From: the human T2T-CHM13v2.0 reference genome, Homo sapiens | DNA length: 64,000 nt | Reading direction: 5' to 3' (one strand) | Assembly (NCBI RefSeq): GCF_009914755.1 | Contig: NC_060947.1 | Shown: positions 13,023 to 26,108 of the stretch, piece after piece | How positions within the stretch are numbered: position 1 is the first letter of the stretch | Layout of the letters: the number at the start of each line of letters is the position of its first letter | Notes under the pieces: generated by a model | Database searches by the model: none | Seen by the model: only the letters and a program-made list of their open reading frames with translations | Told to the model about the DNA's origin: nothing | Program-made: the position numbers and the translations under genes

Positions 13023-14410
13023 TTATGGGGCACAAAATGCAGCACTGTAGTGGAAGAGGTCAATTTGTTCTGGGTAGTACTCTCTGTTTTGGGGGTTTAG
13101 AGGCAGTGCCTGCTGAAACATAATAGTATGAGCTCGAGGGATGTTTTGAAACAATATGCAACAGCAATACATTCCACAACATAACATTATGCCCATGCCT
13201 ACAAGGATGGCCAGGACTGCGAGGATTTTCTGCCACCAGGAAAGCCCTCCACTAAACCATGATGAGATCCAGTCATTAAGTGATAACCTAAGGCTGGAGA
13301 TTGCCTGAATCTGTTGGTGCATATCCTTTAATGCCAGAGTTATTCCCAGAATGTTCAGGTATATACACACAACATTGGGTTTTGACCAGGATGCAGGATC
13401 CCCCTGGGTCTCTGTTAGAATGTCTAGGGTCATTTGATTTAGCAAGATACCTTTCTGCATATGAGACATTTTAGCGTAAGGCAAATACTTTGGAGACTGT
13501 TATTCAATGCTCAGTGCATGAAATTAACTAGTGTCTCTGTGTGTCATATGGCAGTTTCTAAGCCTATTGAGGGAATAAAGATTATGGCCAGATGATGATA
13601 CCAGTGAAAGACTGACCTGGTCCACCTGTTAAGCGTATGCATGAGGTTGGCTGGGTTTTGGATGGTTTTTATCCAGTGTCCCTGTGCTCACGAGAGACCT
13701 AGAGTGCAGTGCAGCGTCCTAACCAACTCCAGGCAGCGATGTTTATGGGCCAATCTGAGACATTTGCCCTGGTTACTCCTGTCATGTGTGACCCAGTCCA
13801 AAAGTTTGCTAGTAAATCCAGCAAAAAGTCTAGAGCAACCAATTTCAAGCTTGCCAGTCATCCCATGACTTGAATTACATTAGACCAATGGTCAAGGCAG
13901 TGGTTGCATTGCTTCCAGCATAAAGGGACTACTTTATTGACGTGGAGGCAGTTAGCCAAACAAATCTATCCTAAATTTGAAGAAAGCCCTTTTTATACTG
14001 GACATTTTGTAGTATAGTCTAGGTGTACACCTTCACATTCAGCAAGGGAGTAGCTAAAGCTTTTATGTCATCCTTTGTTTTGTTTACTTAGAATGGCTTT
14101 TTGTGCCCTGGGCCTTCTAAAGTTTTGTTTATGGGCCAATCTGAGACATTTGCCCTGGTTACTCCTGTCATGTGTGACCCAGTCCAAAATTTGAGATTTC
14201 CCAGAAAAGTTTGCTAGTAAATCCAGTCATTCCCTTGGATGGGTGACAACCACCAAGGCAATACTGTGGTTCTACAAAGGGGTTATAGGCCACAGACCCA
14301 GCAGGAGCCATGTTGCAGGTTATCTGCATAGTTCTGTGCTCATTGTAAAAAATGATTAGAGGTAAGAGCAGAAACAATGAGAGGCACAGCAAGAAGGAGC
14401 ATTCATTATA
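13023..14410 (-). pseudogene. env: ERV env remnant
   Basis: Signal-peptide-like LCLSLFLLLPLIIF (~14392), cleavage-like RWTR/SVFHWYHHLAIIFIPSIGLE (~13560-13630), ISD-like LLNQMTLDILTETQG, TM anchor WWQKILAVLAILVGMGIMLCCGMYCC; frameshifted and rearranged. Confidence 0.88.
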
Positions 14411-14449
14411 AGAGAAAGTCTTATTGTTTTCTGAATAGAAACTCCAGGT

Positions 14450-17400
14450 CTTCTAAGGGTTCTATCTCCCATCTTCTGGCCTGGAACTCCTCTGCCACAG
14501 GGTTCTCAGCTGGCAGGAATCTTTTTGCTCACATGTTATGGACCTAAGGCTTGATGGCTGCCAATTTCAGTTCTGTGCTTGTGGTAATTAGCACATCGTA
14601 AGGCCCCTTTCATTTCTCCTGTAGTTGTTGGGCAGGACTGGCTTCCTTCCATTCCTTCAGCGGCACTTGATTATCAGTTTGGAAAGGTTGGGGGGCTTCT
14701 ACAGAATTCACAGTGCTCTTGTTGGAAGCAAACTTACACAAAATGTTAAGAGTTTGTCCTAAGTGAGCAACATAATTCTTAATATCTGACTCCCTATCTA
14801 GGGGCACTTCAGTACCAGAGACAGATTAGCTACAAAGGATCCTCCAAAGACAATTTCATAGGGACTTATTTTAATTCCATTTCTGGGGGCTATTCTGACC
14901 CAGAGCAGTGCGATAATAAGTACCTGCATCCGCTTCAATTGAGTATCTTGATACAGCTTGGTAATTATTGTTTTTAGGGTGTGGTTCATTCTCTCAGTTT
15001 GTCTAGGAGATTGAGATCTCCATGCTGAGTGAAGTCTCCATTTTATTCCCAATGCTTTGTTTACTTGTTGAGTTATTTCAGAGGTGAATGAAGGCCAATT
15101 ATTACTTTGGATTACATCAGAGAGCCCATATTGTAGTATGTTGTTTTTTTTTCTGTAAAACTTTAACTATATTGGTTGCTTATTGGATGTGACCTGAGTA
15201 TGCTTCAGAGAAAGTGTCCACTAGAACTAGGAGGTATTTGTATCTCCCAGGGGCTGGTGGCCTTTGTGTAAAGTCTATTTGCCAGTTTTCTAGGGGGTGC
15301 CTTCCTCTTCTTTGTTGCCCAGGCTGCCTTTGGCTGTGATTATTAGGCTCATTTCCGGCACACAGATGACAATGCTGAATTATATCCTTTAAGTGGGCTT
15401 TTAGTCCTTTCCCTTTCAAATAATTTTGTACAAAGGACAGTGAAGTGTCTCACCCAAAATGCATACTATTGTGATTGCGCTTTAACAGTGGGTAGACAAG
15501 ATGCACTGGTTCCTGGACTGGGCCTGCTCTGCTTACTCTCTACTCTTCCTCGTTTAGTTTGAATCCCTTACGGCTTTCTTATCTTCAGAAGTGTACTGGG
15601 GCTTGGAGGCTAAGTTTATTTGTGGAATTAAGGGCACCCGGATTTCAATGCTGGCACTAGCTAAATGCCTTGTGGTGAGGTCTGCAAAAGCGTTGCTCCT
15701 TGCCATTTCAGAATTATTGCATTGATGGCCAGGGAAATGCATTACAGCTATTTCCCATGCGGCCTTTATCTCTTCTAACAATTCTAACACTTGTTTAGCG
15801 TATTCAACTTTGATGTTATCCACCTTTAGCAGCCCTCTTTCCCTCCAGATAGCTCCATGTGCATGAAGTATCATGAATGCTTGGTACTTGGAGTCAGTGT
15901 GTATGTTGGCACTCTTACCTTGGGACAGTTGCAAGGTTCTCCTGAGGGCGTTTAACTCTGCCTTCTTTGCCAAGGTTCCTGCCAGCAAAGTTATTGCCTC
16001 TGTTACTTCTGAGGAGGTCACCACAGCATATGTAGGATTTCTCTTCCTGTCAGGGACCAGGCTGCTCCCGTCTACAAACAAGGTCCAGTCTGAGCATGGG
16101 AGCTACCTCCTTTAGGTCCAGGTGGCTGAAAAACACTTGGTCTATGACCTCTAGACAGTTATATATGGGTTCTTCCAGCTCCTCAGTGGTAGGTAATAGT
16201 GTAGCAAGGTTTCAAGTTCCTGTAGTTTGCAGCTTTACTGTGGGGTCATCTAAAACCATGGCTTGATAATCTGCTCAATTGGCATGCTGTCTGCCAGTAG
16301 CCTCTTTTTTGTTGCAGTAACACCAACACTTGATTGGGCACGTATATTGCGAAAGGCTGCCCCAAGGTCAGCTTTTCACCTTCTTTGAGTAGCAGTCAAG
16401 TAGTAGCAGACTTCTCTAAGACAAGGGGGCCAGCCCTCGGCTACCATGTCAAGCTGCTTTGAAACGTATGCTATGAGTTGTAATACTTCGCCTAATCTTT
16501 GCATTAGGACTCCAATGCTAAACCCAGTCTCTAGTGCACATTACGTTGGAAAGGCTTATGAGAATTTGGAAGCTCTAAGGCAGGGGAGGAGATTAACTTA
16601 CACTTCAGTTGCTCCAATGAATGTTGGTGCCTTGCTTCCCACTCAAAAAAATTATAGTTGGCTCTTTTTAACAGTTCATATAAGGGCTTTCCTATTAGTC
16701 TGTAGATAGGGATCCAAATCTAACAAAATCTGGCCATACCTAGGAAGACCCTTATGTGCTCTCTGGTGGTGGACATGGCAATAGAAGCAATTGCATTTCA
16801 CCTTCCCATGGTCAGGGCTCTGGTTTCTTTCTGTAGAAGAACCCCTAAATATTTCATAGTTTGTTTACATCCTTGAGCTTTTTTGCTTGAGAGCTTGCAC
16901 CCACAAGCTGCCAGATGGTTTAAGGTTTTAATGGTGTTATCCTGGTACTCTTGCTCAGGGGGGTTAGAGATTAGCAAATTATCCACATATTGCAACAATA
17001 CCCCATTTTTTAATTGTAGGTTTTTTAAGTTCTGAGCCAAAGCCTCTCCAAATATAGTTGGTGAGTTCTTAAACCCTTGAGAGTACAGCCCAGCAATACT
17101 GAAACTGTGCAGTGGTCTCAGGGTCTGTCCATTCAAAAGCAAACAATAGCTGGCTCTCTACATTCACTTGTATCTAAAAGAAGGCATTTTTTCAAGTCTA
17201 GCACCATAAACCATTCATGATTCCCAGGCAGTGAGGAAAACGGAAAACCTGGTGTATGGGTTAGCCACAGTGGGGTGAATGTCTTCCACAATATCATTAA
17301 TTGTTGTTAGATCTTCCACAAATCTATACTCATGTGAGTGAGGCTTCTTTACCAGCAAGATGGGAGTATTGTAAGAAGACTGAAAAGGCTTTATGAGGCC

Positions 17401-17560
17401 ATACAGTAAGAACTAGACTAAATCCAGCTGGATGCCTTCCAAGGCTTTCCTCTTTAAGGAGTATTGTTTTTTTTTTTCAGATAGATTGAACCCCTTCCTT
17501 CAATTTGACTTTTACCAAACTCATATTAATTGCCCTCCCATTCCCTCCCATGTTAATTGC
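14450..17560 (-). pseudogene. pol: ERV pol remnant (RT, RNase H, integrase)
   Basis: QGFKNSPTIFGEAL...LLQYVDNLLI (YVDD mutated), FVDGSS...KAELNAL...HTDSKY (RNase H), CHLC, WQIDFT, LVDTFS, HSAWRSQS...ERMNHTLK (integrase). Confidence 0.95.
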
Positions 17561-18043
17561 CCTCCTCAGACCTCTGGTTTTACCTTGCCAAAGACTTCCT
17601 GAGGGACTGCTTCTACCTTAGGGCATGAGGTCTTAACATTCATCAGAAGTGCTTGCAGTTGCAGTCCATGTTCTGGAGGCACTTGGAGACACATTTGATG
17701 TTTCTCATGGATGAAAATGATTTGAGCCTGTAACTTGCATAGCAGATGTCTGCCAAGTAAAGAAATTGAGCAGCCTGGCACATTAAGGTGAGTTGTTACA
17801 TTATTGCCCACTTTACATGAGAGGGGGCACAGAAACTGCTCTGATCTGTTTCCTGCTCACTTTGACTATATTGACAGCTGTGTCAGAAAGTTCAGTGATC
17901 AGTGTATTAACTACCAAATAAGTAGCACCAGTGTCGATTAAGAAGTCCAATTGCTGTTTCCCCACTGCTAACTTTACCTGAGGCTTCTGTGGGGAAATTT
18001 TGATGTTACATAGAATTGGAGCTGCTGGAAGTCTTGGGCACCC
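17561..18043 (-). pseudogene. pro: ERV protease remnant
   Basis: LDFLIDTGATYLVVN active-site motif (~17910-17950) and SLLGRHLLCKLQAQI. Confidence 0.9.
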
Positions 18044-19598
18044 TCAGTCTTCCTCAGATTCATCCCCAGGCTTAATTGCCATAATTGGCCTTGGTTCTTT
18101 TTGGTTTAACTTTGGGCAATCCTTTTTCCAATGCCCCGTTTCTCAGCATTATGCACACTGATTCTTTTCTATTTTTCCTTTCCTCTTTTCAGGTCCCTTC
18201 CCTCTTGGATATTTTCTTGCTGTGGCCATGAGTATTGTTGCCTGCCACAGGGCTTTAGTTTTCTTCACCTCCCTACTCCGGTAAACTTTAAATGCAATGT
18301 CTCAGTTGAGAGGCATTTATCCTAATGGCCCCTTCTACTTTCTGCAGCTTCTTCCCAGTGTCAGGGAAACTTTGCCTTATAAAAGTCAGGTTCACCATCC
18401 TGACATTTTCAGGGTCCTATGGGTCCATATCTGTATACTTCCCAGAGGTATGTCAAATACATTCCATAAACTCGGATGGATCTTCATTAGGCCTTTGCTG
18501 GAGCTCCTACATTTAGTTTAAGTTTTTACATTTGGGTACCCCTGACTTAATGCCCTTCAAGCTGCACCTCCTGTAATGCTCCAGGTGGGTCATTTAACCC
18601 ACATTAGCCTCATTTGGATCCCAATTAGGGTCAGTATAGAGTACTGCTCCATCAGGGTCTGGAGTATTGTCTGGGTTTTCATTATGAAGGTGTTCTGCAT
18701 CGCTTCTCTGGCTTTTGGGTAAGATCAAGTGAAGGTGTTCTGCCTCTTCCTTTCCCTTATCCAATACTAGGCAGCTCTCATCTGCAGTGAGCATAATGTT
18801 TAGGAGGGCTTGTATATCTGCCCATGTAGGGTGATGAGTAGCAAACATTGTGCTAAACAGCTCATTCATTTTCTGGGTGTCTTCCCTACAGGGCAAGTTA
18901 GAATTCTTCCAGTTTAACAGGTCAGATATAATAAAAGGGCTGTAGGCTCAATAATATCCTGCCATAGCCTCCTGCTGTTTAACTCCTACAGAGTATTATC
19001 AAAGTGGAAATTGCCCTGCTCCTGGTTCCATAGTTCTCCGGCCCAAACTAGTGCCTTGTCTGGTCCAAGAGGGAAAGACCAGCTTTGCTGCTTCCCGGTA
19101 CTCTGGGGGCACCACTTCCCTGTACTCTGAGGGTGGTGATTCTCCCCTTTCCTGGCTGGATGGTTGGGTATTAGCTCTCACTGTATTATGTGTGCTGCTA
19201 GCTCCCACCAAGTTAAGTATATTTATCAATTATTGGCTTCCTAAGTCCCTATCTTCTCTCTTAGAGTCAGGTCAAACTTTGACTGAGCACTGCACCATTA
19301 GCTTATCTCCCTTCTCATTGACATCCTTATTATGTAATAACATACATTTCTTAAGATAGGGTATTTATTCCCATCTTCCCAAACACTTACAAAACAACTC
19401 TAACTTATAAATAATGGAATAGTTCAGAGTCCCCAAAATCGGCTATCTCCCCTCAGATTCTAAAATGTGCATTTGCCAAATCCTATTACAATAGTAAACT
19501 AATTTCCTTTTAGTCATGGAAGGATACCCAAACCATTTTCAATCCAACAGGATTCTTCCCAGAGGGCTCCCAGCGGGAATGGACTCAACACCTCCGAT
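18044..19598 (-). pseudogene. gag: ERV gag remnant
   Basis: (M>I)GGVESIPAGSPLGRILLD*KWFG...LVYYCNRIW matrix; DLLNWKN...THHPTWADIQALL capsid; CCHC knuckle QCA*C*ETGHWKKDCP; ends GAC-TGA-GGG at 18044-18046. Confidence 0.92.
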
Positions 19599-20033
19599 TT
19601 TCAAGCTTATGTGGTATGAAAACAGACCAAGACAGATACACAAACAAGTGGAGACAGATTTTGGACAAACACAAAGGGGCATGCACTCAGGCAGGGAAGA
19701 CCCAAAACCAACTCAAAACCTGATTTTAACCGAAGGCAAAGCGGGTGTATAAGCGAGCCCTATCGTTGCCCTGGTGGTACCAGGCAAATGGCTTAAAAAA
19801 TCCAGATAGAAAAAGAATAGGCTTCCTGCATATCATACAATTTTATCTACCCCTTGAGCATGTCTGATCCTTATCTCTGTTCTTCCCCAGTAGTGAGGGG
19901 GACATGTGGTTTCATGCAAGGGACAGCCCTCAGGAGATTCCCCTGGAAAATTTCACCCTGTAGCTGCTGGGAATTTCCTGAAGACTGTCTCATTACAAGC
20001 CACTGGCCACTGAATGCAGCACCATCCTAGCGG

Positions 20034-20051
20034 CTCTTAGCTGGCTCACCG
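20034..20051 (-). promoter_or_regulatory. Primer binding site, tRNA-Arg-like
   Basis: Minus strand cggtgagccagctaagag resembles TGGCGAGCCAGCCAGGAG (4 mismatches), adjacent to 5' LTR end. Confidence 0.7.
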
Positions 20052-20055
20052 AATC

Positions 20056-20726
20056 TGTTCCTGGGCTTAACTGAGGGTCAGGCTGATTACTCTTGCTGCC
20101 CAATAATGAGATGCAGATGAACTGGGAAATAAGAGAGTTTATTTCTGTAACCAGGTACAGGGAGAAAACCAGGGAAATACTGCCAGACCAACTAAAAATT
20201 ACAAAGTTTTACAGAGCTTATATACCTTCTAAGCTATATGTCTACGTGTAAATGTGCATTCATCTAAAGACATAAGTGATTAACTTTTTCTTATCTTTAA
20301 CAAAGGTCTGAGTCCTGAAGACCTTCCTCTGGAGTTTCAGTAAATGTACTTAATCCAGATGGGTCCACGTGCTGGGGATAATTACCCTTATTTTGTCTCC
20401 TACTAAGTCATGGAAGTTTGGGGAGTTTCCTTAAACCCCCCTAATAAAACATGTTTGTAGAGGTCTGGGGAGTCTTTTCAGACTGTCCAATATACTTGTT
20501 CAATCCTAAATGGGTCTTGTTAAGAATTCTTTCATTATCTTGTCAAGCTTTAAGGCCCAGGAAAGGCCTAAGCAAGACTCTTGGTGGGCTTTTGTTACAT
20601 TCCAGCCTTTGCATAAGGGCACTGGCTCTATCAGCTTTCAATAATTAACCTAACTACTCAGTCAGTGCTAAACAGTTGTCATGGATGTCTGCCTGTTCAG
20701 CTGTTAGTGATATCTAGCCTGCCACA
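20056..20726 (-). mobile_element. 5' LTR (MER66-like), complete, ~670 bp
   Basis: Minus strand TGTGGCAGG...GGAACA termini, TATA-like tatataag (~20218-20225) and aataaa (~20138-20143). Confidence 0.88.
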
Positions 20727-21424
20727 GTTAGCCTTTGTGTCCCCACCCAAGTCTCATCTTAAATTATAATCCCCATTATCGCCATAATCTCCACAAGTCA
20801 AGGGAGGGGCCAGGTGGAGGTAACTGAATCATGGAGGCAGTTTCCCCCATGCAGTTTTCATGGTAGTGAGTGAATTTTCACGAGATCTGATGTATTTATA
20901 AGGGACTCTTCCCCCCTTCCCTTGGGACTTCTCCTTCCTGCTGCCTTTTGAAGAAGGTGTCTTTCTTCCACTTCACCTTCTGCCATGATTGTAAGTTTCC
21001 CAAGGCCTCCCCAGACATGGTGAACAGTGAGTCAATTAAACCTCTTCCCTTTATAAATTACCCAATCTTGGGCAGTTCTTTATAGCAGTATGAAAATGGA
21101 CTAGTAGAGTCTGCCTACTTAAATCATGCTCAAAACATTTACATTAGCCTATAGTTTGGCAAAATTATATTATGCAAACCATATTTCATAATAAAGTATA
21201 GAATATCTCATGTAATTAATTAAATACTGTACTGAAAGTGAAAAACAGAATGGTTTCATACTATTGTAAAGTTAAAAATTATAAATTGAGCTATTGTGAT
21301 TCAAGCACTATCTGTATATACATTCACTCATTTAAATTGTCAAAAGAAACCTATAAAGTAGTTGGTGTTATTATATTCACTTTAAGGATTACTAAACCAA
21401 GCCCATTTGGCCACTGTTGTGTAA
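20727..21424 (+). repeat. Direct duplication, copy 2 (THE1D-like LTR 20727-21108, MER47A 3' half 21109-21314, MIR flank)
   Basis: Aligns to 7742-8428; retains THE1 TSD gtctg at 21109-21113; MIR continues past 21424. Confidence 0.93.
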
Positions 21425-22494
21425 GTACAGAGTTAGGAATCTGATGTTTGCAGCATGGAAACTTTTCCACTGGTCTATACTGACTTCTTATCTGAGTAGG
21501 GAGATAATTCCAGAATTGAGTGCAAAAAGTGGATCTTAACAAAATCCAAACCCAGGCAAATACAATTTTACTTATCTTTATGAAGAAGTTGTTCAGATAT
21601 TAATAAACACTTTTCTAAAATAATAATTGCAGTCAATATCCTGACACCCAATGTGTTTAGTAGGCCTTTGTCATTCCTTGAATGAAGCCATTGTCAACTT
21701 CATGTGCCTCGGGCCAAGCCTGCCCTAAAAATTCTAGAAATTTTTTTAAGGCAAACTTCCCAGAGCTCAAAGGGTTTTTAACTGAGCTGGCTTAGAGATT
21801 GACAACCTGGACTGCTATGCAGAAAACTTCATGTTTTTTCCTAGATTTCCCATATTGGTTTGCTTTCATTTGGCTGCTGAGCAATTGGCTTAGACAGGAT
21901 CCTAGAATCTGCTCCACTTTTGCTGAAGATGACACATTGCTGAAATTCTGACCCTTACCATTCTGCAGCTACTTGAGCAGCTGGACAAGAAACATTGGTT
22001 TTAGCTATGGCAGGTCCAAGTGAAGAGGCTTCAGCTATAGTTTTATCCATTTTATATTTTCAAGGCCAATTGGAGGGGGTGCATTTTTAAAAATCTTACA
22101 AAGTCAATTTAAAAACGGTGATATATAATCCATTAAGACTTATGCTAAATTTTTTTCCTCTGCACAGAGAAAATATTGTTCCCTGAATGTAATTTGAGGG
22201 TGCAATGACTCTCCTCTGTCCTATCATTCACTGACTACCTAAATTGACTGTATAACCACTGGGACTAAAGGCTTCCCAATTAGTTGGCATGTAGAAGTGT
22301 TAGCAAATGCAGATTCACTGAGCCTCTTCATAGGGAATTTAAAGTAAGGCATTTTCTCTGCTTTTTCCCATTCCAAATTCGAGGGCTTCCTATTTTGAGG
22401 TCCTGGTGTCCAGGTTCTATATCATGATTAGGCAATTATGCTAAAAGAATAAAAATGCTTCCTTTAAGAGGCTTTAATTTTACTTTAAATTTAC

Positions 22495-22672
22495 TGTTAA
22501 TTGAGTATTTATTACATGCCTGTGTGTACTAAACGTATTTTACATGCATTATCTCATTTAATCATCCTAATAATTCCATGAGGTAGGTTCAGTTCTTACC
22601 CGTGCTTTGCAGATGAGAACACTGTGACTCAGAAATTTCTTCAAAATTTGGACCTGTCAGACTTCAAAGTTT
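22495..22672 (+). mobile_element. MIR
   Basis: tttacatgcattatctcatttaatcatcc...atgaggtagg...gcagatgagaacactg MIR core. Confidence 0.75.
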
Positions 22673-23649
22673 GTAGTGATAGTGGCTAAGCTGTATAATA
22701 TTTATGGAGACCACAGTCTCCATAAATATTACAATTTATACAATAAAGCTGAGGAACAATTTATATTTTCTAGAATAAAGCAGAGATCATGGAAAATATA
22801 TCCTAAACTCACAAAGTTAAGGTTTTGTAATATTCCCCCCAAAATGACTAAAAGAAATAATTTTTCTGGCATAATATAAAATTGAATACCCTTTCCTCCC
22901 ATTCTTTTACCTTGCTTGATGCCTACATAGATAAGTGATTAGTGAAAGCAAAGTGTAGAATTCCTGCATGTTATTTTCAATGTCATACTTTGGAAGAAGA
23001 TATAAAAGTGACATATTAGGGTTGTACATGGAGTTCATTCATGATGTCAATTCATGTCTCATTTGCAACACCCGCAATATGGGTAGTTGAAGGACAAGGC
23101 ACTTGTCTCGGTGAATCAAAAAAGTATTTCAGTATATAAACATGGAAGAACAGGGGATTTTCTAAAATAGCAGGTTGAGCAATGTGAAATTATTATTTTC
23201 ATTCAACAAAAATGATTGAATATCAGCAATTTCATTTGGTTTAATATAATAGAAAGGAATGAGATGAAAGTGATCAGAGATCAATATAGAGGGAGAGACA
23301 AGGTGAGAAGTCTGAATAGGTGGTCAAGGGTTTTTGTCCAGAGAACTGTACTAGAGCAGAATTTACATGGTTTAAAAATCATGGCGATGTCTCTGTTGAT
23401 TACAGGATAGAGACTTTGAATCCTCTGCCTTTTTGAAAACACACTTTGTGATTGTCATGTGTGCTCTGCTCTCTAGCCTCTAAGAGAGACCATAGGAGCT
23501 TGGGATTGATTGACTATAGAATATATTATGCACTTCTTGAAACAAATTTGAATATTCCATGTAGTTGAATCCTTGACATAGTCTTACTTCAGAGAAATTA
23601 AGCCCTACACATAAATAAATACGGATCTAGGTCATCCTGTTAACCTCTC

Positions 23650-23835
23650 CCAGCTACTTATTTCCATCAAGTTGTTATTGTGAGTTACATTTATTTGTCT
23701 GTTTTTTGTTTAATTTCCTTTCTATATAGAATGTGGTCATATGAGATTGAATATATAGTTCGTTGTGTACACAACTGTATGCCCAGCAACTAGTAAAATG
23801 CCTGCCATTCAATAAGTATATGATAAATGAATGAT
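23650..23835 (+). mobile_element. L2 3' end fragment
   Basis: actgtatgcccagcaactagtaaaatgcctgcc...caataagtat...aatgaatga. Confidence 0.6.
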
Positions 23836-25196
23836 CAAATAAACTAATTACTTTCAATAGCTATATAGTATTGCATTGCAAGGATGTGCCATAATTTGTT
23901 TAACTAATCCCAATGGACAGATAGTAGGTCATCTGAAGTTATATGGTCTTATAAACAGTGCTGGAATGAATAATACATTGTTGTATATGTATTTTCAAAT
24001 ATTAATCTGATTATTTTCTAATGATAGATTATTGAATGGGGAATTTTTTTTGCATGAAAAGCTATGCATTTTAAGGCCTTTGATTCATATTGTCAAAATA
24101 GGTTCTTATAGTGTACTGTTTTGCACTTCCATCCACCATGTATATATGAGGTAAGCCATTTTCCCCATAATGATCAACGCTTGGCATTATTATTTGTTTT
24201 TAATCTTTGTCAGTCTGCTTCAAATAAATAGCATTTTGTTTTATTTTGCATAATGTCACTATTAAAAGTATAATAATTTATTCGTATATATTTGGCCATT
24301 TGTACTTTTTTTGTACACATAATTTTATAGCTTTATTTATAATAGCCCAAATCTGGAAATAACTCAACTGTCCATCAACAGGTGATTGAATAAATAAATG
24401 TTGTTATATAGTATACAAGAGATATGAGTAAAACGGCAATGCAATAAAAAACGAATGACTTAAAGTTTAATAAGCTTTTTTATTTTCCATTTTTCATTCA
24501 TACATAATACTTGTACATATTTATGCCATACATATGATATTTTCATACACGTGTGTGTTATCAAACAGTAGAACTTATTCCTTCTGTCTAACTGTATTTT
24601 TTTTAACCTATTAACTAACCTCTCTTCATCCCCAACCACCACACTTCCCAGACTCTGGTAACCACCATCTTATTTACTGCCTATATGAGATCAGCTTTTT
24701 AAGGTCCCACGTATGAGTGAAAATATGAAATATTTCTCTTTCTGCACCTGGCTTATTTAACTTAGTACTTCTATTATAAAGTAGTTATTAATAGCCTGTG
24801 TTTATTTTTCTATTATGGAGTTAGATATTTCCTAGTAATGTTTGAGGTTTTTTACGTATTTAGGTCATTAATTGTTTCATTAAAATTTTAGTTTTAATTT
24901 GTTCAGTTGTAGATAAGTTGTTTCTAATGCAGTCATATTTATTTATATTTTCATTTATGGTTTCTAGTTTTGTTTAGGATGTTCATCTCTACTCCAAAGT
25001 TACATACGTGTTCACTTACGTTTTTATGCAATGTTTACATTTAAGTTGTTTATTCAACAATAATTTATTCTAGAGTAAAGGGTGAGTATTGATCTCACTT
25101 TTTTTCCCATGGTTAGCCAGTTGTTCCAGAAGGTTTTCCCCCCATCATTTGAATTGACAAATTGATCAATTACATAAGCACTCCAAGCTTCAGTTC

Positions 25197-25310
25197 TAGG
25201 GTGACCAATCATCCTAGTTTGCCAGGAGTATCCAGGGATTCTTTACAGTTTGGACATTAAGTGTCAAAACTGGGACAGTCATGAACAAACTAGGATGGTT
25301 GGTCATGATA
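25197..25310. mobile_element. MER81-like hAT-Blackjack MITE
   Basis: Inverted termini tagggtgaccaatcatcctagtttg / aaactaggatggttggtcat. Confidence 0.7.
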
Positions 25311-25524
25311 CATTTCTCCTTTGTAAAAATTGAAATAATAGTAGTATCTATCTGAAGTAGTTGTGATAATTAAAAAATAATGAATATAAAGGAGTTAGTA
25401 CAGTATCTGGTTGATAGCAAGTGCATACAAAAAGTGAAATGTTATCAATGCATTATAGATTCTCAGTCTCTTCTGATACTTGCGTTGCATTGTATTAATA
25501 ATTGTAGCTTTTCAATAGTCTTTA

Positions 25525-26108
25525 ATCCTCATGCACTGTTGATGGGAATGTAAATTAATACTGCCATTACAGAGAGCCGTTATAGAGGTTCCTCAAATCT
25601 AAAAATAGAATTATCATTGGATACATAAATTCCACTACCGAGTATATATCCAAAAGACAGAAAATCAATATATAAAAGAGATATCTGCATTTCCATCTTT
25701 ACTGCAACACTGTTTACAATAACCAAAATATGGAATGAACCTAGGTGCCCATTGATAGATGGATGAATAAAGAAAATGTGATATATAACACAGTGGAATA
25801 TTATTCAGCCATGAAAGTGTGAAATACTGTCATTTGCAGCAACGTGAATGGAACTGGAGGCATTATGTGAAAGGAAATAAGACAAGCACAGAAAGACAAA
25901 TACTGCATGGCCACACACATATGTGGGACCTAAAAAGTATCTCATGAAGATAGAAAGTAAATTGGTGGTTAGCAGAGTCCTGGAAGGAGAGTGGGGAGGG
26001 CAGGGAAAATAAACAATATACGTGTCTTTATTACCACTGAACTGTACAGTTAAAATGGTAAAGATGGTAAACTATATATATACATATATAGACCTCAATA
26101 AAAATATT
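25525..26108 (+). mobile_element. L1MA-type 3' end
   Basis: cactgttgatgggaatgtaaatta...ggatgaataaagaaaatgtg...catttgcagcaacgtgaatggaactggagg...cctcaataaaaat. Confidence 0.85.

Noticed and set aside
14610-19229. ERV gag/pol ORFs as an intact or domesticated gene
   Set aside because: All broken by stops/frameshifts; gag ATG lost, RT YVDD mutated to YVDN, zinc knuckle contains stops.
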